Source: an uncultured bacterium
GTDB taxonomy: Bacteria > Actinomycetota > Actinomycetes > S36-B12 > CAIKAW01
Reading direction: 5' to 3'
NCBI GenBank assembly: GCA_903825575.1
Contig: CAIKAW010000081.1
Location: 25,793-89,792 of the forward strand
Length of the DNA: 64,000 nt
The translations under genes and the position numbers were made by a program. The notes beneath the pieces are model-generated. The model worked only from the letters and a program-made list of their open reading frames with translations, did no database searches and had not been told where the DNA came from. This document shows, in pieces, positions 7,927 to 16,877 of the stretch; the first letter of the stretch is position 1; the number at the start of each line of letters is the position of its first letter.

Positions 7927-9378
7927 GTGCCCCCAAGCGAGACCGCCGGACCTAGGCTGAGCGTCGTGGCTCAGTTACATGACCTGACAGCCCTAGAGCA
8001 GGGTGCTGCACTTCGCCGTGGCGAATTCACGTCCGTGGAGTTGACGGAGCACTACCTGCGACGCTCCCAGAGTTTGGGTCCGCAGGTAGGAGCCTTTGTT
8101 ACCTTGACCCCGGAATTGGCACTGGACCAAGCCCGGGCGGCCGACACTGCTCGACAACTTGATCCTGACCCACTGGGCCCGCTTCACGGTGTCGTCGTAC
8201 CCGTGAAGGACCTAAACAATCTTGCCGGCATTCCAATCACTTACGGATCTGCGATTCCGAGCACCGTCGCGTTCTTCGACGATTTTGTCGTCGTCCTCAT
8301 GCGTCGAGCTGGCTTGGTGTGCACGGGAAAGACCAATACACCCGAATTCGGGTTGCCTTGCTACACCGAGAATGCGGTTGCCCCGCCAGCAAGAACACCG
8401 TGGGACTTGGATCGATCAGCTGGTGGCTCCAGCGGTGGCGCAGCCGCAAGTGTGGCGGCCGGATTAGCGTCGGCAGCACAGGGGTCGGACGGTGGGGGAT
8501 CCATACGAATACCTGCCAGTGTGTGCGGCCTGGTTGGACTCAAGCCATCGCGTTATCGGGTGAGCAGCGGGCCGCTAGGTGACCTACTTGGTGAACTAAC
8601 CGTTGAAGGTCCGATCGGTCGCACGGTTGCTGATGTCGCAGCATTGCTTGACGTCATGGCAGAGCCGTTCGCCGATGATCCGACCAGTTTGGTTCGCCCA
8701 AGTGGCGGCTTCCTCTCAGAAGTCACCCGTGTGCCTGCTCGACTGCGCATCGGGCGCTACGCGAAGCCAGTCATTTCCAATGCCCCGGTTGACCGCGAGT
8801 GCTTGGCGGCTTTTGAATCCGCCACCGAATTGCTAGTTGACTTAGGGCATGAGGTGGTAGATATCGATCCACCTTTCGACGACAGCGTGGTGCCGCTGTT
8901 CGAAACGATTTGGGCTTCGCTGGCGCTTTGGGCGCCGATTCCACAAGAGCAGGAAGCAATCCTGACACCGTTGACCAGGTGGCTAAGAGAGAAAGGCCGC
9001 GGTTATTCGGGCTTCGACATCGCAACGGCGGTGTCAACGATTCGATTGCTCTCTCGGGCAGCCCTGCGGTCTACTGCTGAGTTCGACGCTGTGCTTACGC
9101 CGACCCTAGCCGCTCCACCTGCCTTCATCGGCCAACTGCGCAACGACCAAGACCCGGCAGCTGATTTTGAAGCACAGAAAGCATTTACGCCGTTCACATC
9201 GCCCTACAACGTCACCGGTCAGCCAGCCATCACCTTGCCCCTTTACTGGACCGAGCAAGGGTTGCCGATTGGGATTCAACTCGTCGGACGCATCGCCCAG
9301 GAGGGTCCACTATTAGCGTTGGCCGCTCAACTTGAATCAGCGCGTCCGTGGATTCAGCGCAAGCCGGCTTGCTGGTGA
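7927..9378 (+). CDS. amidase (amidase-signature family)
   Basis: It has the AS-family Gly/Ser-rich signature [28 protein letters not shown]. The start is uncertain, either GTG 7927 or GTG 7966. Confidence 0.85.
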   Translation: MPPSETAGPRLSVVAQLHDLTALEQGAALRRGEFTSVELTEHYLRRSQSLGPQVGAFVTLTPELALDQARAADTARQLDPDPLGPLHGVVVPVKDLNNLAGIPITYGSAIPSTVAFFDDFVVVLMRRAGLVCTGKTNTPEFGLPCYTENAVAPPARTPWDLDRSAGGSSGGAAASVAAGLASAAQGSDGGGSIRIPASVCGLVGLKPSRYRVSSGPLGDLLGELTVEGPIGRTVADVAALLDVMAEPFADDPTSLVRPSGGFLSEVTRVPARLRIGRYAKPVISNAPVDRECLAAFESATELLVDLGHEVVDIDPPFDDSVVPLFETIWASLALWAPIPQEQEAILTPLTRWLREKGRGYSGFDIATAVSTIRLLSRAALRSTAEFDAVLTPTLAAPPAFIGQLRNDQDPAADFEAQKAFTPFTSPYNVTGQPAITLPLYWTEQGLPIGIQLVGRIAQEGPLLALAAQLESARPWIQRKPACW

Positions 9379-11546
9379 CGGCCAGTTCTTTGCTGCTCGC
9401 CGAACTTGCTGGTCGAGTCGGTGTTGCAATGAATTACCGAGACCAAGCCGGGGTTGAGGTGCAAGTTCCCGATGCCGTCGTGCGCGAGGTACTTGCGGCA
9501 TTGGACCTTCCGGCTAGCGACGATATCGAAGTGCAAGCCGCTCTTACGGAGTTGGATCGCAGGCGCTGGGCTGCGGTTCTCCCGCCGGTGGTCGTTATGC
9601 GAACTGATCGAGTCGCCCAATGCCCTGTTCACATACCGCACGGGACCTCGTTTCGAAGTTGGATAGAGCTTGAGGCGCACGTTGACTCTGAAGACGAGTT
9701 TGTCGTGGCCGCAGCGGCTGCAACGGTGGCCACGATGCCGATCCAAGTCGAACACAACGTCGAGCCGAGGCAGTGGGCTGACACGTTGATTGGTGAGGCA
9801 CTGATCGAGATCCCTGCCGGACTGCAGCTTGGCTGGCACCGGCTAGTTACCGAAACTGCAACTGGGCGGCACGAGTGCGTGTTGGTCGTCACGCCAGCGC
9901 GCACACCCGAACCGCAGTTACGTGGGCGCGGATGGGGGTTTGCAACGCAGTTGTATTCAGTTCGTTCAGCAGGTTCGTGGGGGCTTGGGGATGTCGCAGA
10001 CTTGAAGTCGTTGGCGCGGTGGAGCGGCGGCCTGGGTGCCGACCACATCATTGTCAACCCCCTGCACGCTGCTGCTCCAACGGTGCCACGTTCCGCTTCG
10101 CCCTACTTGCCAACGTCGCGACGTTTTGTGGATCCGGCCTACCTGCGCGTAGAAGAGATTCCCGAGTTCGTCGATTTGTCTGATGCCGATCAAAAGTTGA
10201 TCTCCGAATATCTAGCGGTGGCACGTGCCGCCGCTGCAGCTAGCGAGCTGCTCGAGCGCGACACAACTTGGCTGGCCAAGCTTGCCGCCTTAGAGATCGT
10301 CTACGAGCACGGTCGCTCCACCGGCGGTGAACTTGAATTCGAGAAGTACTTAGTTGCACAGGGGCAAGCGCTGACTTCCTTCGCACTCTGGTGCGCCATC
10401 GCAGAGGAATGTGCGAGCCGCAAGAGCGCGTGGCCGGTCGACCTTGTCGACATCAATGGTCAGGGGGTTCCAGCGGCTCTGGAACGATTGTCATCCCGGG
10501 TGAACTTCTACTCGTGGCTTCAGTGGAAGGTCGAGCAACAGTTACTCGATGCCCAAGCCATCGCCCTGGCCGCTGGCCAGGGAATTGGCGTTATCCACGA
10601 CCTGGCGGTTGGCGTACATCCAGTCGGCGCTGATGTGTGGGCAATGCCCGAACTCTTTGCTCGAGGTGTCTCGGTAGGTGCGCCGCCGGATGGGTACAAC
10701 CAGAACGGGCAGGACTGGTCGCAGCCACCTTGGCGACCTGATGCGCTAGCCAGCGCCGCCTACGCGCCATTTCGCGAATTGCTGCGGGCGAACCTGGCGC
10801 ACTCGGGCGGCCTGCGGATCGATCACATCATCGGCTTGTTTCGGCTTTGGTGGATTCCGGCTGGACAGCCGGCAACGCGCGGGACATATGTGCGTTACGA
10901 CGCCGACGCTTTGCTCGGGATCTTGGCTCTCGAGGCCACCCGGGCTGGGGCGGTGGTCGTCGGTGAGAATCTCGGCACCGTTGAACCTCATGTTGCTGAG
11001 GCGCTAGAAGGTCGCGGACTTCCGGGAACAACGGTGTTGTTTTTTGAGCGCTGGGGAGTGGGTCGAATCAATCCGCCGGAGAATTGGCCCGCAGACTCCT
11101 TGGCGGCAGTCACGGTGCACGACCTTCCACCCACACTTGGGTATTTGCGCGCTGAGCATGTGCGAATCAGAGAACGCCTCGGGCTGTTGCGTACCGATCC
11201 GACTGTCGAGTACGCATTGGCCGCAGCCGAGCGCGCCGATTGGGTGGCGTTCGCGTTTGAGCAGGGTGCCTTGGCATCGCCAGACCCGAGCGATGAGGAA
11301 GTGGTTTTGGCACTCCACCGCATACTAGGAAAGTCAGCCGCGCGGTTGCTGGCGATCTCGCTGGCCGATGCAGTCGGAGAGCAGCGCGCCCAGAACCAGC
11401 CCGGTACTCATCTGGAGTACCCAAATTGGCGCATTCCGCTTGGCGGGCCGAATCGGGAGCCAGTCAGCCTCGAGCAACTTGTTGCATCGACAAGAGTTCT
11501 GGATCTTGTGCACGCGGTTTCGGCTGGTTTCAAGCCTCAGCACTAG
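9348..11546 (+). CDS. malQ: 4-alpha-glucanotransferase (amylomaltase, long actinobacterial form)
   Basis: GH77 motifs are present: GFATQLYSVRS..WGLGD, LRIDHIIGLFRLWW and VVGENLGTV. An alternative start at GTG 9375 overlaps the amidase TGA (GTGA). Confidence 0.9.
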   Translation: MDSAQAGLLVTASSLLLAELAGRVGVAMNYRDQAGVEVQVPDAVVREVLAALDLPASDDIEVQAALTELDRRRWAAVLPPVVVMRTDRVAQCPVHIPHGTSFRSWIELEAHVDSEDEFVVAAAAATVATMPIQVEHNVEPRQWADTLIGEALIEIPAGLQLGWHRLVTETATGRHECVLVVTPARTPEPQLRGRGWGFATQLYSVRSAGSWGLGDVADLKSLARWSGGLGADHIIVNPLHAAAPTVPRSASPYLPTSRRFVDPAYLRVEEIPEFVDLSDADQKLISEYLAVARAAAAASELLERDTTWLAKLAALEIVYEHGRSTGGELEFEKYLVAQGQALTSFALWCAIAEECASRKSAWPVDLVDINGQGVPAALERLSSRVNFYSWLQWKVEQQLLDAQAIALAAGQGIGVIHDLAVGVHPVGADVWAMPELFARGVSVGAPPDGYNQNGQDWSQPPWRPDALASAAYAPFRELLRANLAHSGGLRIDHIIGLFRLWWIPAGQPATRGTYVRYDADALLGILALEATRAGAVVVGENLGTVEPHVAEALEGRGLPGTTVLFFERWGVGRINPPENWPADSLAAVTVHDLPPTLGYLRAEHVRIRERLGLLRTDPTVEYALAAAERADWVAFAFEQGALASPDPSDEEVVLALHRILGKSAARLLAISLADAVGEQRAQNQPGTHLEYPNWRIPLGGPNREPVSLEQLVASTRVLDLVHAVSAGFKPQH

Positions 11547-11567
11547 CGGTCGGAGCAGACGACCAGA

Positions 11568-14132
11568 TCACTCCGGCGGCGTCGCGCCGTCGTAACTTCG
11601 GGCACGCAGCGCACGCTGAACTCCGTCACGCCCTTCCACCATGAGTCGCCTCAGTGGCTCAGGTTGATCGGGGTCGTCGATCGCTGTGGTGGTCAGTGCG
11701 ACAGTGGTTTCGTCGATCAGGTACGAGGGGAACAGCCCTGCTCCGACGGTGAATGCCATTTCATGCGTGCGACGTCGCCAAGCAATGGGAATCTCGGCGA
11801 AATATCGTTCGCGGTATTCCGTTAGCAGTTCGACTTGATCGCGCTGCATGAATCCGGCCACCGTGGCGCTAAGCAGGGAATTGGTCAGATCATCACCTTC
11901 GACGGCCTCAGCCCAAGCCAGATGCTTGGCTTCCGCAGTCGGACGAGCCGCATAAGCCTGCTTCGCGTGCCGCTGGCCGGCTGCGGTCTCATCACGGGCA
12001 AGCTCGCCGGAGATGTCAGCCCCATTTGCATGACCTGTGATGATCAACCGATGCAGCAACGCCCAGCGCAACTCAGTGTCGATCACAAGTCCGGGAAGTT
12101 GAGCACCGCCATCGCGAAGCTGGGCCACAAAAGCCAAATCAGCAGCAGATTCGGCAGTTGCAGCAAAACCACGCAGTAGGGCGAGCTGCTGATCACTTCC
12201 CGGAGCCGCGACATCGAGCTGGGTCCTAAGCGCCTGCCCGAGTCGAATCAGATACGAAGCGCGGCGGTCAGGCGCTGCGAAACTATCGATTGCCTGACGC
12301 ACCTGACTAATCAGTTGCTGGGTGATCGCAATGTCAGACTCGTCAGGGAGACCTGCAAGCACCAATTGCAAGAACTGTGCGGTTGTCATCTCGGCGTCGC
12401 GAGTCATATCCCACGCGGCACCCCAGATCAACGCCCGCGGCATCGGGCTATGCAGGCGAGGCAAACCAGTAATCACCGCCTGCAAAGACGCGGGGTCAAG
12501 CCGAATCTTGGCGTACGTAAGGTCGTCATCATTGAGCAGAAGCAGCGCTGGTCGTTGCCTTCCAGCTAGCTCAGGCACCTCGGTTAAGGGGCCTGCGATG
12601 TCAACCTCAATCCGAGCAGTTCGCACCAACCCAGTATCACTATGGTCATAGCAACCGATGGCTAGGCGGTGCGACCGAAGTACGGACGGAAGCCCAGGCG
12701 GGTTGGTCGGCGGCTCTTGTTCAACTGCCAAACGAGTTATGGCACCGGTGGTATCAACGTCGATAATGGGTCGCAGCAGATTCACGCCAGCTGTCGTGAG
12801 CCATTCTTGGCTCCATGCCTCAAGATTCCGGCCAGATGCTGCGGAAAGCTCCGTTAGCAAATCAGCAATTTCGGTGTTACCCCAGGCGTGCTTTCCGAAG
12901 TACGCCTGTAGTCCGGCAAAGAATGCTGGCTCGCCGACCCACGCCACCAGTTGGCGGAGAGTCGCGGCTCCCTTTGCGTAAGTGATGCCGTCGAAATTGG
13001 ATGCGATGTAGTCAGTTCCGTGAATCTCGGTGTAGATCGGATGGGTAGAAGCAAGCTGGTCTTGTCGGTAGGCCCACGCCTTGCGTTGGATCAGAAATGT
13101 CGTCCACGCTTCAGGGAAACGGGTGGCCTTTACATTCGCGTCGTGAGAAGCCCACTCTGCGAAAGACTCGTTTAGCCACAGGTCGTCCCACCAGCGCATT
13201 GTCACTAAATCGCCGAACCACATGTGAGCAAGTTCGTGCAAGATCGTGTTGGACCGTTGTTCGTAGGCAGCATCCGTTACGCGGGCACGGAAAAGGTAAC
13301 TTTCGTGGTGGGTCACGCAACCGGCGTTTTCCATCGCACCTGCGTTGAATTCGGGGACGAACGACTGGTCGTACTTTCCGAATGGGTACGGCCGCTGGAA
13401 TTGCTCTTCGAAATATGCCATGCCCTGCTTGGTCGTTAGGAAGATGTCGGCGGCATCAAGGTGCGATGCAAGTGAAGCTCGGCAGTAGACGGACATCGGG
13501 TAAGTTCCGTTTGGCCCGACGTACTCGTCGTGCTCGCCGTAATACGGGCCGGCAACTACTGCGCAAATGTAAGTGGAGATTCGCGGCGTCGCTGCAAAAC
13601 GCCAGATCGCCCGGCCTTGTGTAGTTGCTTCCGACACTGGGGTCGCTGCGTTCGAAACGACCGTCCAGTAATCAGGAGCCGTCACGTCGATCTGGAAGGT
13701 TGCTTTCAGGTCGGGCTGCTCGAAGCAAGCAAAGACCCTTCGCGCATCCGAGGACTCGAACTGGGTATATAGGTACACCTCGTCGTCCACCGGATCAACG
13801 AAACGGTGCATACCTTCGCCCGTCTGCATGTAGTTGCAGGAGGCGACCACTTCCAACTCGTTTTCGGACGCGAGGTCCGTCAGCAGAATTCGGTTGCCGA
13901 CAAAGGTGACCCTTGGGTCAAGGTCGCGACCATTGAGCGTGATGGCCTCAACACTATTTGCGATGAGGTCGATCCAAGTTTCGGCGCCGGGAGTACGGCA
14001 TTGGAACCGGACCCGCGTTCGCGTCGCGAAGATGGGTCCGACACCTAAGTCAAGACTCACCTGATATGCGTGGACGCCGATTAGGGCGGCCCGCTCACGC
14101 GCGGCCGCCTCGGTGATGTCCGTCCCAGACAC
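11568..14132 (-). CDS. pepN: aminopeptidase N (M1 family)
   Basis: It has GAMEN (GAMENAGCVT) and the zinc site HELAHMWFGD..x18..E (NESFAEW). The start was trimmed to GTG 14132, which is preceded by GGGGGAAAA. The resulting N-terminus aligns with remembered PepN starts (..AAARERAALIGVHAYQVSLDL). Confidence 0.9.
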   Translation of the reverse strand: MSGTDITEAAARERAALIGVHAYQVSLDLGVGPIFATRTRVRFQCRTPGAETWIDLIANSVEAITLNGRDLDPRVTFVGNRILLTDLASENELEVVASCNYMQTGEGMHRFVDPVDDEVYLYTQFESSDARRVFACFEQPDLKATFQIDVTAPDYWTVVSNAATPVSEATTQGRAIWRFAATPRISTYICAVVAGPYYGEHDEYVGPNGTYPMSVYCRASLASHLDAADIFLTTKQGMAYFEEQFQRPYPFGKYDQSFVPEFNAGAMENAGCVTHHESYLFRARVTDAAYEQRSNTILHELAHMWFGDLVTMRWWDDLWLNESFAEWASHDANVKATRFPEAWTTFLIQRKAWAYRQDQLASTHPIYTEIHGTDYIASNFDGITYAKGAATLRQLVAWVGEPAFFAGLQAYFGKHAWGNTEIADLLTELSAASGRNLEAWSQEWLTTAGVNLLRPIIDVDTTGAITRLAVEQEPPTNPPGLPSVLRSHRLAIGCYDHSDTGLVRTARIEVDIAGPLTEVPELAGRQRPALLLLNDDDLTYAKIRLDPASLQAVITGLPRLHSPMPRALIWGAAWDMTRDAEMTTAQFLQLVLAGLPDESDIAITQQLISQVRQAIDSFAAPDRRASYLIRLGQALRTQLDVAAPGSDQQLALLRGFAATAESAADLAFVAQLRDGGAQLPGLVIDTELRWALLHRLIITGHANGADISGELARDETAAGQRHAKQAYAARPTAEAKHLAWAEAVEGDDLTNSLLSATVAGFMQRDQVELLTEYRERYFAEIPIAWRRRTHEMAFTVGAGLFPSYLIDETTVALTTTAIDDPDQPEPLRRLMVEGRDGVQRALRARSYDGATPPE

Positions 14133-14295
14133 TTTTCCCCCGTCAATCAACCGAACCGTCCATGCCTGCGCATGTGCCACCCCAGCGTTGCATCCTTCCA
14201 CGAGGGGGGCGTCCAGCCGGGAGGCGGAGGCGGCCCGGCGTGGTTTTACCACCTACTATCGATCGCGCACCACTTGATCACTTTCTGGAGCCCTG

Positions 14296-14904
14296 ATGAG
14301 CAAGCGCGAAACGGCGAGTTTCTGGTTCGACCCGAGCTGCCCTTGGGCTTGGGTGACTTCACGGTGGATGCTTGAAGTCCAGAAAGTGCGACCGGTGGAC
14401 GTGGAATGGCACGTCATGAGCATTTCCTACCTCAACGAAGGCAGGGAAATGCCAGCGAAGTATGTGAAGTTCATGGCCAAGGGTTGGGGTCCGGTGCGGG
14501 TCGTCGTGGCTGCCCGGGCGTTGCATGGGGACGAAGTCGTGGGGCCGCTTTACACGGCCCTCGGCGAACGTCGCCACGATCAGGGCCGCGATCTGACGCG
14601 CAAGGTCATCGTCGAAGCGCTGACTGAGGTCGGACTACCTGCCTCGCTCGCGGATGCCAGGAAGTCCGACGAGTGGGACGTCGCGCTCAAGGCCGAGCAC
14701 CATGCAGGGATGGACGCCGTGGGAATGGACGTCGGGACTCCTGTCATTCACGTCGGCGGGATGGCCTTCTTTGGTCCGGTCGTTAGCCCGACCCCACGCG
14801 GCGAGGCTGCCGGAAGACTCTGGGATGGCGTCAAACTGGTTGCTGGCACCGACGGATTCTTTGAAATCAAGCGCACTCGGACCCGGGGGCCCATCTTCAC
14901 CTGA
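14296..14904 (+). CDS. DsbA-like thioredoxin-fold protein, Rv2466c (mycothiol-dependent reductase) homologue, with CPWA instead of CPWC
   Basis: FWFDPSCPWAWVTSRWMLEV..WGPVRVV..HHAGMDAVG.DVGTP.IHV.G.AFFGPV..PRGE.AG.LWD..FFE.KRTR is near-collinear with Rv2466c as remembered. It lies next to pepN, as in M. tuberculosis. Confidence 0.85.
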   Translation: MSKRETASFWFDPSCPWAWVTSRWMLEVQKVRPVDVEWHVMSISYLNEGREMPAKYVKFMAKGWGPVRVVVAARALHGDEVVGPLYTALGERRHDQGRDLTRKVIVEALTEVGLPASLADARKSDEWDVALKAEHHAGMDAVGMDVGTPVIHVGGMAFFGPVVSPTPRGEAAGRLWDGVKLVAGTDGFFEIKRTRTRGPIFT

Positions 14905-14956
14905 GGCAGTTACCGACCTGTGGGGCGCTGGTTCGATGCGTACGTGGGGGCTGATG

Positions 14957-15031
14957 TGGTGCCCCCGGAAGGATTCGAACCTTCGCCTATGCCTCCGGAG
15001 GGCACCGCTCTATCCCCTGAGCTACGGGGGC
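14957..15031 (-). tRNA. tRNA-Arg (anticodon CCG)
   Basis: The reverse complement is GCCCCCGTAGCTCAGGGGATAGAGCGGTGCCCTCCGGAGGCATAGGCGAAGGTTCGAATCCTTCCGGGGGCACCA. It folds as a cloverleaf with a 7-bp acceptor stem, a D arm GCTC/GAGC, an anticodon loop CUCCGGA, a T arm GAAGG-TTCGAAT-CCTTC and an encoded CCA. Confidence 0.9.
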
Positions 15032-15099
15032 TCGGGAAGGCGAGGTTATCAGTTGGCCGCCGGGCCGCGGCCGGAAGCGGCTCGAACCAAAACAAACCG

Positions 15100-15170
15100 T
15101 TCATTCGTGCTGGCTTCGGTTGTTCCACCTATGCGCGCCCACGGCACATTCTTCGCGAATGCGGGCGCGG
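15100..15170 (+). repeat. interspersed repeat, copy B
   Basis: The core CACCTATGCGCGCCCACGGCACATT lies at 15126..15150, between tRNA-Arg and argS. It matches copy C at 23 of 25 positions and copy A at 21 of 25. The flanks share TTCATTCGTGCTGG and TTCTTCGCGAATG with copy A. Confidence 0.6.
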
Positions 15171-15183
15171 GTAGGGTTCGGGG

Positions 15184-16875
15184 ATGGAAATTGGGCAGTT
15201 GCGCGAGGCTTTGGTGGCAGCTCTGGCGGCGGCGGTGGCCGCGGGCGAGTTAACCGCCGTCGAGCCACTGCCGACCATTGACTTCGAACGTCCACGCAAC
15301 CGCGACCACGGCGACTATGCGAGCAACATCGCACTGGTCTTGGCCAAGAGAGTTGGTCGCTCGCCCCGCGACGTGGCAGAAGTCATTGCAGCTCGCCTTC
15401 GCGGGACCCCAGGGGTGGAAGCAGTTGACATCGCGGGTCCAGGTTTCTTGAACTTGACCTTGGCCGCGTCTGCGCAAGGAGAATTAGCCCGCACCATCGT
15501 CGCCGCAGGAACGCAGTACGGCTATTCCAAGACGCTGGCTGGCGTTCGGATCAACGTCGAGTTCATTTCTGCTAACCCGACGGGACCGCTCCATTTAGGT
15601 CATACCCGTTGGGCTGCCGTCGGCGATGCCATGGCTCGTGTCTTGGCAGCGGCAGGCGCTGAGGTTGCGCGCGAGTTCTACATCAACGATCGGGGGGTAC
15701 AGCTCGACCGGTTTGGTGCCTCACTAGAAGCTGTCGCCACGGGCAAGGCGGTGCCGGAAGACGGCTACCACGGCAGCTACATCGTGGACTTGGCGGCTCG
15801 GATTGTCGCCGAACATCCCGGCATCCTCGAACTTTCACAGGCTGATCGGATGGTGGCCTTCCGAGAGGCCGGTTACGTACTGCAATTAGCCCAGCAACGC
15901 CAGGTCCTTGAAACCTTCCATACCCATTTCGACGTCTGGTATTCCGAGCGGACGTTGCACTCATCGGGCGCCGTCGAACGCGGCATGCAACGACTGCGCG
16001 AACACGGTCATGTGTTCGAGCTCGAGGGTGCAGTTTGGCTGCGCACTACGGACTTCGACGACGACAAAGACCGGGTGCTCATCAAGAGCGATGGAGAACT
16101 TACCTACTTCGCCAGCGACATCGCCTACTACGTCGACAAGCGGGACCGCGGCTTCGATATTTGCATCTACCTGCTCGGCGCCGACCATCACGGCTACGTG
16201 AACCGGCTGCGGGCTGTCGCCGCGTGTGCTGGCGATGATCCGAACTACGCCATCGACGTTGTGATTGGCCAGCTCGTCAAGATGATGAAGGGCGGCGAAG
16301 AAGTTCGCCTGTCCAAGCGAGCTGGAAACATGATCACCTTAGAAGATCTCGTAAACGAGGTCGGAGTTGATGCTGCCCGCTATAGCTTGATTCGTTATCC
16401 AGCCACATCGCCGCTGGTGCTCGACCTCGACCTGCTCGTCCAGCGAACCAACGAGAACCCGGTCTACTACGTGCAATATGCGCACGCTCGGATTAGTTCG
16501 GTGCTGCGTAATGCCAGCGAACTTGGGATCGACTGGGTCGCGGGCTCTGGTCCGGCCGGCCAAATTGCCATGGACGGTTTCGATGCGGCGTTGCTCGACC
16601 ACGAGCGCGAGAAGGCACTGCTTGGCACACTAGGTGAGTTCCCTCGCATCGTTGCATCGGCGGCCGAATTGCGTGAACCGCATCGGGTTGCCCGCTACCT
16701 CGAAGAACTGGCGACGGCCTACCACAAGTTCTACGACTCGTGCCGAGTGCTTCCTCGCGGCGACGAGTCCCTCGAGCCGGTTTCGTTTGCCCGCCTGTGG
16801 CTTTGCGCCGCGACCCGTCAGGTAATCGCCAACGGGCTCGATTTGCTGGGCGTCAGCGCTCCGGAACGGATGTAA
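15184..16875 (+). CDS. argS: arginine--tRNA ligase
   Basis: 563 aa. It has the class I HIGH-type motif (ANPTGPLHLGHTR), the ArgS C-terminal anticodon-binding region and the terminal ..GVSAPERM typical of ArgS. Confidence 0.95.
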   Translation: MEIGQLREALVAALAAAVAAGELTAVEPLPTIDFERPRNRDHGDYASNIALVLAKRVGRSPRDVAEVIAARLRGTPGVEAVDIAGPGFLNLTLAASAQGELARTIVAAGTQYGYSKTLAGVRINVEFISANPTGPLHLGHTRWAAVGDAMARVLAAAGAEVAREFYINDRGVQLDRFGASLEAVATGKAVPEDGYHGSYIVDLAARIVAEHPGILELSQADRMVAFREAGYVLQLAQQRQVLETFHTHFDVWYSERTLHSSGAVERGMQRLREHGHVFELEGAVWLRTTDFDDDKDRVLIKSDGELTYFASDIAYYVDKRDRGFDICIYLLGADHHGYVNRLRAVAACAGDDPNYAIDVVIGQLVKMMKGGEEVRLSKRAGNMITLEDLVNEVGVDAARYSLIRYPATSPLVLDLDLLVQRTNENPVYYVQYAHARISSVLRNASELGIDWVAGSGPAGQIAMDGFDAALLDHEREKALLGTLGEFPRIVASAAELREPHRVARYLEELATAYHKFYDSCRVLPRGDESLEPVSFARLWLCAATRQVIANGLDLLGVSAPERM

Positions 16876-16877
16876 TC

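Noticed and set aside
14171-14273. Possible fourth, degenerate copy of the interspersed repeat in the pepN/dsbA-like spacer (CATGTGCCACC at 14171..14181 and CCACCTACTATCGATCGCGCACCAC at 14249..14273).
   Set aside because: It shares only short blocks (CCACCTA, GCGCACC), and these are interrupted by a 7-nt insertion. This is too weak to distinguish from chance in GC-rich DNA.
14905-15183. Integrative element or att site next to tRNA-Arg.
   Set aside because: The window has no integrase or excisionase and no duplicated copy of the tRNA 3' end. The nearby repeat (copy B) lies on the 5' side of the tRNA and does not resemble tRNA sequence.
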